From: a virus
Length of the DNA stretch: 64,000 nt
Virus record (IMG/VR): IMGVR_UViG_3300032805_000004
Span: 1-64,000 of that record
Direction: 5' to 3' (one strand)
The notes below the pieces were generated by a model. It was not told the DNA's origin. It saw nothing but the letters and a program-made list of their open reading frames with translations, and made no database searches. Both the position numbers and the translations under genes were made by a program. This document shows, in pieces, positions 10,682-18,746 of the stretch (position 1 is its first letter; the number at the start of each line of letters is the position of its first letter).

Positions 10682-10684
10682 GCC

Positions 10685-11677
10685 TTATTCCCCTTCCCCG
10701 TCATCATGCCAGGCTGTCTCCGCGGCCGGTTCATCCGGCGGCATCGGGAACGGATCCGCAGCTACCCCCGGATCACCAGGGCCGTGCACCGTGAACAAGG
10801 TGGTGATCGGCGCGATGACCGCGAGGACACCTGCCTGATGCGTCGGGGTGACCACCGTCATCACAGGGTTGTCTATCAGCGCCCCGACAGGTGGGGCCGC
10901 ATAGATGTCGGTGAAGGCGTGGGAAACCGCGGACGTCGCCGCCGTGGATGACGCGTTCGTCCACGACGCGGCCGGTGTCCACGTCGGTGTGCCGACCAGC
11001 GATTCCATGCACCAGGCACCGATCGCATACGACGTCAGGTAGGTGACAGGCGGCACCGCGGTGATAGTCGTCGTCCCGGTCGTCCCCGTGAAAGTGGTGG
11101 TAGTCACTGAGGAGTTGTCCAGGTACTGCCCGTTGAGTTCCATGAGGAACGCGGTCATCCGGGTTGTGGCGACGGTGCCGACACAAAGCGCGTTGAAGGT
11201 CGGCGCCGCGTCGCCGCCGGCGGCGACTTTCACGAAGATAGCGGCCGCTGTCCCGGCGGTGACCGCAAAACCGAGCCTGGCCCAGGTGCCGCTGACCTCG
11301 GTGATCCCGGTGGTGCCGATACCCGAGTCGCCGTAGGAGGTGACGACGGCGACGAGGAGGTCACCGAAGGTGCGGGGCTGTGTCCCGGACCAGGTGCCGG
11401 TGACCGACCCTGTCGATATTCCCGTGGTCTGCACCACGGTCGATGGGGTGCCGACCTGGGTGACGGCGGGCCAGAACGGGGTGACGGGGGCGGAGAGGGC
11501 CCCCCAGCGGCCGTCGGTTGGTGGGATAGCGGCGGCGCCATACACGTCGGCGCCGTCCCCGGGTACCGCAGTCATGAGGTAGGTGCCGCCGGGGACTGCC
11601 CATAGGGGTTTCCCGCCGGGGGATGTGAGGTACTGCGAGTAGAACCTCGGCACAGTTCCGAGGTACGGGTAGGTCAT
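10685..11677 (-). CDS. Putative virion structural protein
   Basis: 330 aa Thr-rich; GDLLVAVVT beta module shared with 28291-29712; RBS GGAGG. Confidence 0.6.
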   Translation of the reverse strand: MTYPYLGTVPRFYSQYLTSPGGKPLWAVPGGTYLMTAVPGDGADVYGAAAIPPTDGRWGALSAPVTPFWPAVTQVGTPSTVVQTTGISTGSVTGTWSGTQPRTFGDLLVAVVTSYGDSGIGTTGITEVSGTWARLGFAVTAGTAAAIFVKVAAGGDAAPTFNALCVGTVATTRMTAFLMELNGQYLDNSSVTTTTFTGTTGTTTITAVPPVTYLTSYAIGAWCMESLVGTPTWTPAASWTNASSTAATSAVSHAFTDIYAAPPVGALIDNPVMTVVTPTHQAGVLAVIAPITTLFTVHGPGDPGVAADPFPMPPDEPAAETAWHDDGEGE

Positions 11678-11704
11678 GCGTCCTCCCCTAGACGGGTTAG
11701 ATAG

Positions 11705-12208
11705 TCAGGCTTGGAACAGCTCGAGGATCGGCAGACTGAACTGGGCGTCGTACCGCAGGTACCGCTGATCCGCCACCGCCCGCACCGGCGGATAGTCGTA
11801 GTTGATCCGCTCACCCACATCGATCAGCAGCGACCAGTCACCGGTGTCCGGGTCAGTAGCCTCGGCCGGATTCGGCGAGCCCCGCAAAATCTGGGTGATG
11901 GTGTCAATCACAGCGGGAAACGCGGTATCGGTGTCGGGGTCGGTTTCCTCACCGAACCAGATAACCCACAGGTGCGCGGTGTGGTCGATCTGTTTCCACC
12001 CGGCGGTGCCGAGCTTGACATTGCCGCGGGGGATAGCGCGGCGTGTCTCCGGCCCGAGAGAATCCCACACGTACACGCCGGGGCGGAACGTTTCCTCGTT
12101 GGGGTTCGGCGGGGAGATGAACGCCTCCAGCGGCCCGCTGGACGAGGGAACGGGCACACCGTCGAGGAGCCCGAACAGGTACGACTGCACCACGTTTGTG
12201 CCAGGCAC
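11705..12208 (-). CDS. Putative tail terminator / head-tail completion protein
   Basis: 167 aa; position and size. Confidence 0.55.
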   Translation of the reverse strand: MPGTNVVQSYLFGLLDGVPVPSSSGPLEAFISPPNPNEETFRPGVYVWDSLGPETRRAIPRGNVKLGTAGWKQIDHTAHLWVIWFGEETDPDTDTAFPAVIDTITQILRGSPNPAEATDPDTGDWSLLIDVGERINYDYPPVRAVADQRYLRYDAQFSLPILELFQA

Positions 12209-13152
12209 TACACAGTCCTTTTAAACGGGCGACACAGCGCCTGGGCGCGTGTGGTGAGACCATCCGGGCTGCTCCCCGAACCCGACGCCGCCCCCGTGAT
12301 CGTCTGCACCGTCGTCGCTGTCGCACCACGGGTCAGCGCCTGCGCCGCAGCGAAGTTGATCGCCGCCCACTGGATCTGCGCCGGTAGCGCCGACACCGCC
12401 ACCCCAACGCCATGCCCGTATACCAGCGGCGACCCGAGTGTCAGCGTCCCGGGCCCCGACTGGGCGCTCGCGGCGGTGCAGGTGATCGTCTCCTGGGTGC
12501 CGGAGTCGAAGATGGTGCCGGTGGCGCCCTGGCCGCCTGGGGTGACGGGCGCCCAGCCGGTGCAGTCATCCACCTGCAACGACGTCACCCCGGCCATGGC
12601 CGCAGTCGTGATCCCGGCGTGCGGCCAGCCGTTCAGGTAGGTCACCTGGAGCACATAGCCGACGCGGCCGGCTGACCAGTTGATGTAGCCGCCGCCGATG
12701 TCGATGGCCTGCCCGCCGTCCGCCGCGCTCGACGGCACCGACGTGCCGTAGATGCCGACCGGCGGCACATGCGGGGCCATGAACTGCGGCGGGATAGTTG
12801 TCCACTGGTAGGGCAGCGAGTTCGGGGCGCATTGCCCGGCGAGGACCTGGGTGACAGGCCAGCGGGACAGGACCGCACGGGCGTTCCCGGCGCCGTTGCC
12901 GCCGACGGTGAGCCGGAACGCCGGGCCGTGCAGGGTTTCGACGTCGATGGTGGCGCGGAGGACCTGGTTGCAGTAGGCGTCGATCATGGCGGTGGCGCGC
13001 ATGCACAGGTTCAACTGCTCGGCTTGCTGCTGCGCCGGTGACGCCGACCTCGACGGAATCGTCGCCCAGCTGATGCCGGTCTCTCATAATGTCGGCGCCG
13101 AAACGAGGATTTCGGGCGTTACGTAGGGGGTTCCTGGGCCGGCGACAGGCAT
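12208..13152 (-). pseudogene. Head-tail adaptor-like gene with in-frame TGA at 13084-13086 (interrupted or recoded)
   Basis: ATG 13152 after a GGGGGTG RBS reads MPVAGPGTPYVTPEILVSAPT-L*E-TGISW... in frame with the 12208-13014 ORF (ATAMIDAYCNQ motif). Confidence 0.65.
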
Positions 13153-13167
13153 CTGGCATCACCCCCT

Positions 13168-14178
13168 TTAGCTGTCCGCGCGCTGATCCGCGAACAGCTT
13201 GCTAGCTAGTTCCTGTTTGCGCGGTAACGCGAGCGTGGAGCCCGCGTAGAGCGCTTCGGCTAGGAGCCTTGCCTTTCGGCTACCGCCGACAGTCCAGTAC
13301 CAGCACCGTGGTGCCGTTGAATGCGGGGCAGCCTTTGCGTTAGATCCGCACACCGTCTTGGCCCATGCGGCAAAGCCTTGAACGCACGCCTCGCTGCCGC
13401 AGATGTTGAGGTACCAGCCCTGCGTCTTCCTGATCATCCCGATGCTGCCGTCGCCATCAAACAGACCGCGCCAGTAGTGGTGCATCAGGTCGGCAGGGCC
13501 ATTCCACGGTTGAACCGTGGCGCTCTTGCGGGGACCGATCCCGAGTGCTGCGAGGTCGTTGAGCATCTGCCACGAGTCGAACGTCACCTTGAAGCAGGTT
13601 CGGTTCTGCGTGATCGGCCGGTCCGACCCGAGGTCATCGCACAACCGGACGAGGTGGTCTCGATCCCGTTCTGCTAACTCGACGCGAAGGCTGAATGATC
13701 TGTCTGCGCGGATGATCCCGCCATCGGCTGTGATGAAGCCGAGCCAATAAGCGCGAGCCTCGTCATTAATGTCCGCGAAGAAGTGTTCATTGAGCGTGTA
13801 CTTCCGGCTGCCAGAGCGTGCGGGCGGATCGCAGCGTAGAGGGTCACCGTGAGTGCTCCAGCGTTGCCAGTGCTTGCCGCACCAGCCTCGTGCGACCACG
13901 GAATCGGTGCAGTCAGCGACGGAGCATGTCAGTCCGAGACCGTAACCGCGCAGTGGACGCAGCTCAACGCCGTGGCGTAACTGCCAAGCATGGCTCCCGC
14001 AATAGCCACGCGAATCAAAGGGCTTGTCGCATCCGGGGAATGAGCACGTCTTCTGCCGCTCGGGTGCTGCGCCTAGCGGGTCGCCGTAGCGGATCCAACG
14101 CTGGTAGTGCGGAGCGCACCAGCCGCGAGCGGAGTGTGGTTTTTCGCAGCCGTCGATGCTGCACGTACGCTGAACCAT
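13168..14178 (-). CDS. Free-standing LAGLIDADG homing endonuclease with three N-terminal Cys/His Zn-finger repeats
   Basis: YWLGFITADG and YWRGLFDGDG motifs; 3x CS..GC......RG.C..H. Confidence 0.9.
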   Translation of the reverse strand: MVQRTCSIDGCEKPHSARGWCAPHYQRWIRYGDPLGAAPERQKTCSFPGCDKPFDSRGYCGSHAWQLRHGVELRPLRGYGLGLTCSVADCTDSVVARGWCGKHWQRWSTHGDPLRCDPPARSGSRKYTLNEHFFADINDEARAYWLGFITADGGIIRADRSFSLRVELAERDRDHLVRLCDDLGSDRPITQNRTCFKVTFDSWQMLNDLAALGIGPRKSATVQPWNGPADLMHHYWRGLFDGDGSIGMIRKTQGWYLNICGSEACVQGFAAWAKTVCGSNAKAAPHSTAPRCWYWTVGGSRKARLLAEALYAGSTLALPRKQELASKLFADQRADS

Positions 14179-14250
14179 GTCGGCCTGCTTCCTCAGGTCG
14201 AACGTGCCCCGGGGTGTTGACGCACCGCCGGGGTTCTTTCGTACATTCTA
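14179..14250 (-). promoter_or_regulatory. -10 promoter (TAGAAT) plus two-hairpin leader of the LAGLIDADG gene
   Basis: TAGAAT 14250-14245; CCCCGG-CGGTG..CACC-CCGGGG hairpin; TCGACCTG-AGGAAG-CAGGCCGA hairpin over the RBS. Confidence 0.65.
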
Positions 14251-14254
14251 TCGG

Positions 14255-14467
14255 TTAGCCGCCTGTCACGGTCAGGTTGAAATCCCTGGCGCACCGGGCA
14301 CACACATTCCGGCCACCCTTGCTGTCCCAGCGGACATGCCGCTGGCACACCGCCTCCCGGCACAGAGCACAATCAGCCACCGGATCGGACTTACGCGCCG
14401 CCCGGCCCCGCTGCGGACCGCCGCACAGGCCGCACAACCCGGCGTGGCCTCCGGTGCGCCGCCTCAC
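14255..14467 (-). CDS. Small Cys-rich hypothetical protein
   Basis: 70 aa with several CxxC motifs; fills the operon gap. Confidence 0.45.
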   Translation of the reverse strand: MRRRTGGHAGLCGLCGGPQRGRAARKSDPVADCALCREAVCQRHVRWDSKGGRNVCARCARDFNLTVTGG

Positions 14468-14480
14468 ACGCCCCCAGGAA

Positions 14481-15128
14481 TCACGCCGCGGCGGACAGCC
14501 GCTCGATCAGCTCAGGCTTAGTGCCCTTACCTGACAGGCCCCTTGTCGCCGCGAGCCGCTTCAACTCGCTGTACGGCAACGCAGCCAGATCCAGCGGCGG
14601 CTGGTCAGCAGGCGGCTCCGGGAGCGGCACATCGGCCACTACGTACGAGTCCACCGCGAACTCGGGCGATGGCGCATCTGGCACCAGCCCGGCCACGGCC
14701 GGGTCACGGGCACCGCACTCCGTGCAGAACCGCTGCCCGGCGGTCACGTCCACCCCGCAGTCACGGCACGGCACCACCGCGGCTACGGCTACTTTCTGCC
14801 CGGCTACGAGCGCGGTCAACGCCTCAAGGATGCCCGGCATCTTCGCCAGCTCCTCGAGCGCGACCCCGGTCGCCTCCGACTGTTCTTTAGCGCCGCGTTT
14901 GTCCCGGTCCTCCCGGACGCGGGTTTCGTCGGGTGTTTCGGGGATCTCGGAGACCGTACCGGCCCACAGCGGATCACCCTTCAGCACAGCGCAGCACCGG
15001 GGGCAGTCCAGTACCCATATCTTCGCTGGGGCGCCGTCTTTCACGGGCCGGCTGTGCAACTGGCCACAGCCTCCGCTGGAGACGGGAATGATCGCGCCCT
15101 GAATATCCGAGCGCGCGTGCAAAACCAT
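14481..15128 (-). CDS. Zinc-ribbon + C-terminal SAP/HeH domain protein
   Basis: CRDCG...FCTECG; ELKRLAATRGLSGKGTKPELIERL. Confidence 0.75.
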   Translation of the reverse strand: MVLHARSDIQGAIIPVSSGGCGQLHSRPVKDGAPAKIWVLDCPRCCAVLKGDPLWAGTVSEIPETPDETRVREDRDKRGAKEQSEATGVALEELAKMPGILEALTALVAGQKVAVAAVVPCRDCGVDVTAGQRFCTECGARDPAVAGLVPDAPSPEFAVDSYVVADVPLPEPPADQPPLDLAALPYSELKRLAATRGLSGKGTKPELIERLSAAA

Positions 15129-15131
15129 AAG

Positions 15132-15407
15132 CTACTCCGTTTCGGTTGGTGTGCTGCAGCGCGGGCAGGCGTCCGCCCACCGCTGCGCCAGGAACCGGCA
15201 CCGAGGACAACGCCGGCCGCCTTTAGTGCCGATCGCGTACGCCTTCGACGCGGACAACATCCCGATCCGCCCATGCTGCGACGTCCTGATCGCCGCGGCG
15301 TGCCGGTCGGCCACATCGACATGGCCACCGGGTTTGCCGTCGTACTTGGTACCGTCCGCGCATTCCAGCCCATAACAGCCAGGGGGGAGCTCGACGCGGG
15401 TACTCAT
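15132..15407 (-). CDS. Small zinc-ribbon protein
   Basis: CPRC...CPRC; ATGA overlap with the upstream gene. Confidence 0.65.
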   Translation of the reverse strand: MSTRVELPPGCYGLECADGTKYDGKPGGHVDVADRHAAAIRTSQHGRIGMLSASKAYAIGTKGGRRCPRCRFLAQRWADACPRCSTPTETE

Positions 15408-16444
15408 GCGGTCCACGGCTCAAAAATCTCGTACGCCACGACACTCGTGTCAGCGGTGCCATCGACGGCTGTGTTCGTAGATCCGATCGTGAAACTCGTT
15501 CCTGGAATCCTGCTCGCCACGTACGGCGAACCGGTTATCCCTGGGGCAGTAGCTGGCACCTGGACAGTGAGGAAGATCCGCGAGTTGGCTGAAACGGACG
15601 TGTTCGCCACTGTCACCTGGCCAGGAACCGGTGGATCATCCGTGCCGAGAGTCGCTACGCCCTGTTTCCCGTTCGAACCCTCAGAGACGATCAGCCCCTG
15701 ACCGACGGTGCCGATACCGAGGCTGCCGCCGATGATGGACCCACCGGACAGCGGCAGGTACGAGCCGGTCCCAGCCTGCGTGAACGTCCTCGTCGCGCCG
15801 TCGGTGCAGATCCAGATTTTCCCGGTCTGGTCAATGACGAAGTCGCCGTTGGCGAACGTCCCCGATACGGGTGCGCCGCTAGCGGTGGCACCCGCATACC
15901 GGCTAGCGGCGGTCGCACCTGGCATAGATGCGGCGATGGCCGGTACGGTCACGGAACCTGTAAAAGTGGCACCGGCCAGCAGCGCGACACCGGCCGCAGC
16001 GACAGCGGCGGACACCCATATACCGGGATTACCCGCGTCGGTGCAGATCCACAGGGCACCGTCCTGCCCGATCACCCAGTCGCCTTTGGCGAACGTGCCC
16101 GTGATCGGCGCCCCCGACGCGGTGGCCCCAGCGTAACGGGACACCGCGACAGCGCCTGTGGCCCCGGACGCGGACACGGTTTCAGCGGTGATATCGCCGC
16201 TGATCTGGCCGCCGCCATCCAATGACAGGAACGTCCCGGAACCGGCCTGTGCCCATACGGCGGGCGGCCCAGGATCGGTGCAGACCCAGATCGCCCCGTC
16301 CTGCGCGATCACCCAGTCGCCGAGGCAGAACGTTCCCGTATCCGGTGCACCCGTCGCGGTACCGCCCGCATACCTAGATGCGGCAGTCGCACCGGTGACC
16401 CCGGAGACGGCTACGCTTACCGCACCGAACTCTGAGCAGGCCAT
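15404..16444 (-). CDS. Putative head fibre/decoration protein with three internal repeats
   Basis: 3x SRYAG.TA.GAP..GTF..GD.VI.Q.G..W.CT. Confidence 0.65.
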   Translation of the reverse strand: MACSEFGAVSVAVSGVTGATAASRYAGGTATGAPDTGTFCLGDWVIAQDGAIWVCTDPGPPAVWAQAGSGTFLSLDGGGQISGDITAETVSASGATGAVAVSRYAGATASGAPITGTFAKGDWVIGQDGALWICTDAGNPGIWVSAAVAAAGVALLAGATFTGSVTVPAIAASMPGATAASRYAGATASGAPVSGTFANGDFVIDQTGKIWICTDGATRTFTQAGTGSYLPLSGGSIIGGSLGIGTVGQGLIVSEGSNGKQGVATLGTDDPPVPGQVTVANTSVSANSRIFLTVQVPATAPGITGSPYVASRIPGTSFTIGSTNTAVDGTADTSVVAYEIFEPWTA

Positions 16445-16708
16445 TCAGGACACCCACCATTCGTCGCCGTGAAGCTCCCAGTACACAGTCGACGTATCAC
16501 TGATACTGGAACTGGAGATCACAAACACCTGGCTGATTTTGCTAGCGACACGAAGCTGACCGGGCGTGCCGGATTCCTGCTGGCATGTCAGCAGGACGCT
16601 GGTCCGGGATGTCACCGACGGATTGATAACGGTCGCCTCACCTGCGACGAGTGTCGCGGTGCCGCTGCGAGCAGCGGTGGCCGCCGCGGAACCACCTGAT
16701 CTCGGCAT
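16445..16708 (-). CDS. Small structural protein (paralog of the 15404 C-terminal domain)
   Basis: GTATLVAGEATV...SDTSTVYWE resembles GVATL...ADTSVVAYE. Confidence 0.6.
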   Translation of the reverse strand: MPRSGGSAAATAARSGTATLVAGEATVINPSVTSRTSVLLTCQQESGTPGQLRVASKISQVFVISSSSISDTSTVYWELHGDEWWVS

Positions 16709-16723
16709 AACTTGCCCCTCCCG

Positions 16724-17011
16724 TTAACTGTCCGTGACGACGAGCACGTTCACCGTCGAGGTGCCCGCGCAGAACCCGTACAGCGGCGTGCTCCGCGAAC
16801 CCGGATAGGAGGAGATAGTCACCGGCACCACCGGCAGGGCCGTCCCCGACGCCGGAAGCACCGCCCCGCTAGCCGTACCAGGCGTACCCGGACCGAACGT
16901 CACCGCCGCCGTACCGACATTCCACAGGCTCACCCGGCACTCACCCGGCGGCACAGTCACCAAAGGCACCGGCAACGTCCCCGACACCACAACCTGGCTC
17001 GCTGAGATCAC
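16724..17011 (-). CDS. Small putative head decoration protein
   Basis: 95 aa, beta-rich; L.N.G...V..G pattern shared with neighbours. Confidence 0.55.
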   Translation of the reverse strand: MISASQVVVSGTLPVPLVTVPPGECRVSLWNVGTAAVTFGPGTPGTASGAVLPASGTALPVVPVTISSYPGSRSTPLYGFCAGTSTVNVLVVTDS

Positions 17012-17012
17012 C

Positions 17013-17498
17013 TCAGCACGACGCTTCCGTATGAATAGCCGACCCGGCAGGTGTCACCGGCCCAACCGGTGACGCCGTCCGGTGGTCATACTTCAGCGCC
17101 GACACCGTCAACGTCCCGGTCCCGCCACCAGCAGTGATAGACACAACCTCGGCGTTGCTACCGGTGCCGATCTGCGCCTGCCCGCCATTGACCGCCGCGC
17201 TGTAAAAAGCGCCAGCGAACGTCAAAGACGTCGCGCCGCTGTTGAACACCGCATTCGTGTTGATCGTCGTACCGGCAGATGCAACACCAGAAGCGGCGTA
17301 CAGCGCTACCGGGGCGAACGGCAGCGACACCTCCTGCGACGGCTGCAACGGCATGCCGTTCGCCGAAGTCACCCCCGCCTGCCCGATGTAGACGATGGAC
17401 GAGCCCTCGTTGATGAGAGTCACGTGCGGGGTACCGGCCGACGCCGGGGTGTAGATCAGCGTCGGTACTCCGCTGACCGGTGTGTGAATAGTCGCCAT
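17013..17498 (-). CDS. Putative head decoration protein
   Basis: LINEGSSIVYIGQAGVTSANGMPL motif. Confidence 0.6.
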   Translation of the reverse strand: MATIHTPVSGVPTLIYTPASAGTPHVTLINEGSSIVYIGQAGVTSANGMPLQPSQEVSLPFAPVALYAASGVASAGTTINTNAVFNSGATSLTFAGAFYSAAVNGGQAQIGTGSNAEVVSITAGGGTGTLTVSALKYDHRTASPVGPVTPAGSAIHTEASC

Positions 17499-17503
17499 GA
17501 CGG

Positions 17504-17800
17504 TCAGTCCACCGCCAGGACCGTCGCGAGCCCGGCCTCAACGTAGGCGGTCCCGGACGCGGTGATGCCCCACAGGTTGACCGCCGCCCCAGACAGGGTC
17601 ACCTGGCCGCCTGCGGCGACCGGGAAACCGGTGACAGCCGGGGACGACGTGCCGCCGATGAACAGCGTCGCCGGGCCGGAGTTGACGACGGTCACGTTCT
17701 GGGGGCTGACCAGGCCCGACGCACTGATGTTGTAGACGGTTCCGGCGCTGCTGCCGATGGCGGCCTTCTGGTAGCCGGGTGTACCCGCGAATATGGCCAC
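17504..17800 (-). CDS. Putative head decoration protein
   Basis: VVNSGPATLFIGG...GFPV motif, paralogous to neighbour; GTG at 17800. Confidence 0.6.
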   Translation of the reverse strand: MAIFAGTPGYQKAAIGSSAGTVYNISASGLVSPQNVTVVNSGPATLFIGGTSSPAVTGFPVAAGGQVTLSGAAVNLWGITASGTAYVEAGLATVLAVD

Positions 17801-17843
17801 GGAGGGCCCCTTTCTCTTAGACCTTTGCATATAGAATGTGTCT

Positions 17844-18650
17844 GTGAGCGGAAAGCGCGGCGGCTACTCGCCCCCATGGACCGATGAAAACGTGCAGTTC
17901 CTGCGCGACAACTACGCGACTATGACCGCATCGCAGATCGCCGAGAAAATCGGGCGAACCTGCATCGCAGTTCACGTGCGCGCACACCTTGAGGGCCTCA
18001 AATCCCTGCACCGCACAGGCGTCAACTCGCTCATCCCCGGCTACTTCCGGGTCATCGACACGCCAGTTAAGGCGTATTTGCTCGGCCTCCTCGTAGCCGA
18101 CGGCTCAATGTCGAAAGCAGGCCAGCTCAAACTGGAGCTGCACGAGAAGGACGCCTGCCTAGTTGAGCTAGCGCGCGACGAGATCGCACCAGGCGCCCGG
18201 ATCGGGCATTACCGGACCCGTACCACTCCGATGGTCCGGTTCATGGTCAGCGCACCGGATCTCGTGGCCGACCTCGCCAGCCACGGTGTGGTTAATGCTA
18301 AGAGCCTCATCACCCGCTGGCCCGACGATGTACCGCCCAAGCTTGAGAGCAGTTACATGTGTGGCTATTTCGATGGTGACGGCAGCCTTCGCGCAGAACC
18401 GCCGTACCGGTGGACGGTCGTCTCCGGAAACCCGGACTTCCTTGAGGTGATGCAGGACCGCATCAAGACGCACACGGGCGTCAAAGTCGGCGGCCCTTAC
18501 CGGGACACGCGGCACAAAGCGGCGTGGTCGATCGTGGCGACCGGCAAGCCAGTCCAGGCACTAGATGCATGGCTGCACCGCGACGTACCCGGACTGGCCC
18601 GCAAACGGCTCCCGCAACCCAGCCAGATGGAACTGGACATTACGGGATAA
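17844..18650 (+). CDS. Free-standing LAGLIDADG homing endonuclease with N-terminal HTH (convergent with capsid gene)
   Basis: YLLGLLVADG and YMCGYFDGDG; WT......L....MT..QIA..IGRT HTH; TAGAAT 6 nt before GTG 17844 (alternative start 17838). Confidence 0.9.
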   Translation: MSGKRGGYSPPWTDENVQFLRDNYATMTASQIAEKIGRTCIAVHVRAHLEGLKSLHRTGVNSLIPGYFRVIDTPVKAYLLGLLVADGSMSKAGQLKLELHEKDACLVELARDEIAPGARIGHYRTRTTPMVRFMVSAPDLVADLASHGVVNAKSLITRWPDDVPPKLESSYMCGYFDGDGSLRAEPPYRWTVVSGNPDFLEVMQDRIKTHTGVKVGGPYRDTRHKAAWSIVATGKPVQALDAWLHRDVPGLARKRLPQPSQMELDITG

Positions 18651-18655
18651 AACGG

Positions 18656-18746
18656 TCAAGAATACGGAGTTGTGTCACTGACTTGCAACCCCTGGAGAAT
18701 ACCGGAGTAGAAAGGCGCCGACGCAACGAGGGCGCCAAAGAGGAAG
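18656..18746 (-). CDS. Major capsid exon 4 (missed by ORF track)
   Basis: Follows terminal G at 18747; encodes FLFGALVASAPFYSGILQGLQVSDTTPYS*. Confidence 0.8.

Noticed and set aside
13084-13086. Selenocysteine or genome-wide TGA reassignment
   Set aside because: No redox or Cys context, and TGA terminates many other genes normally.
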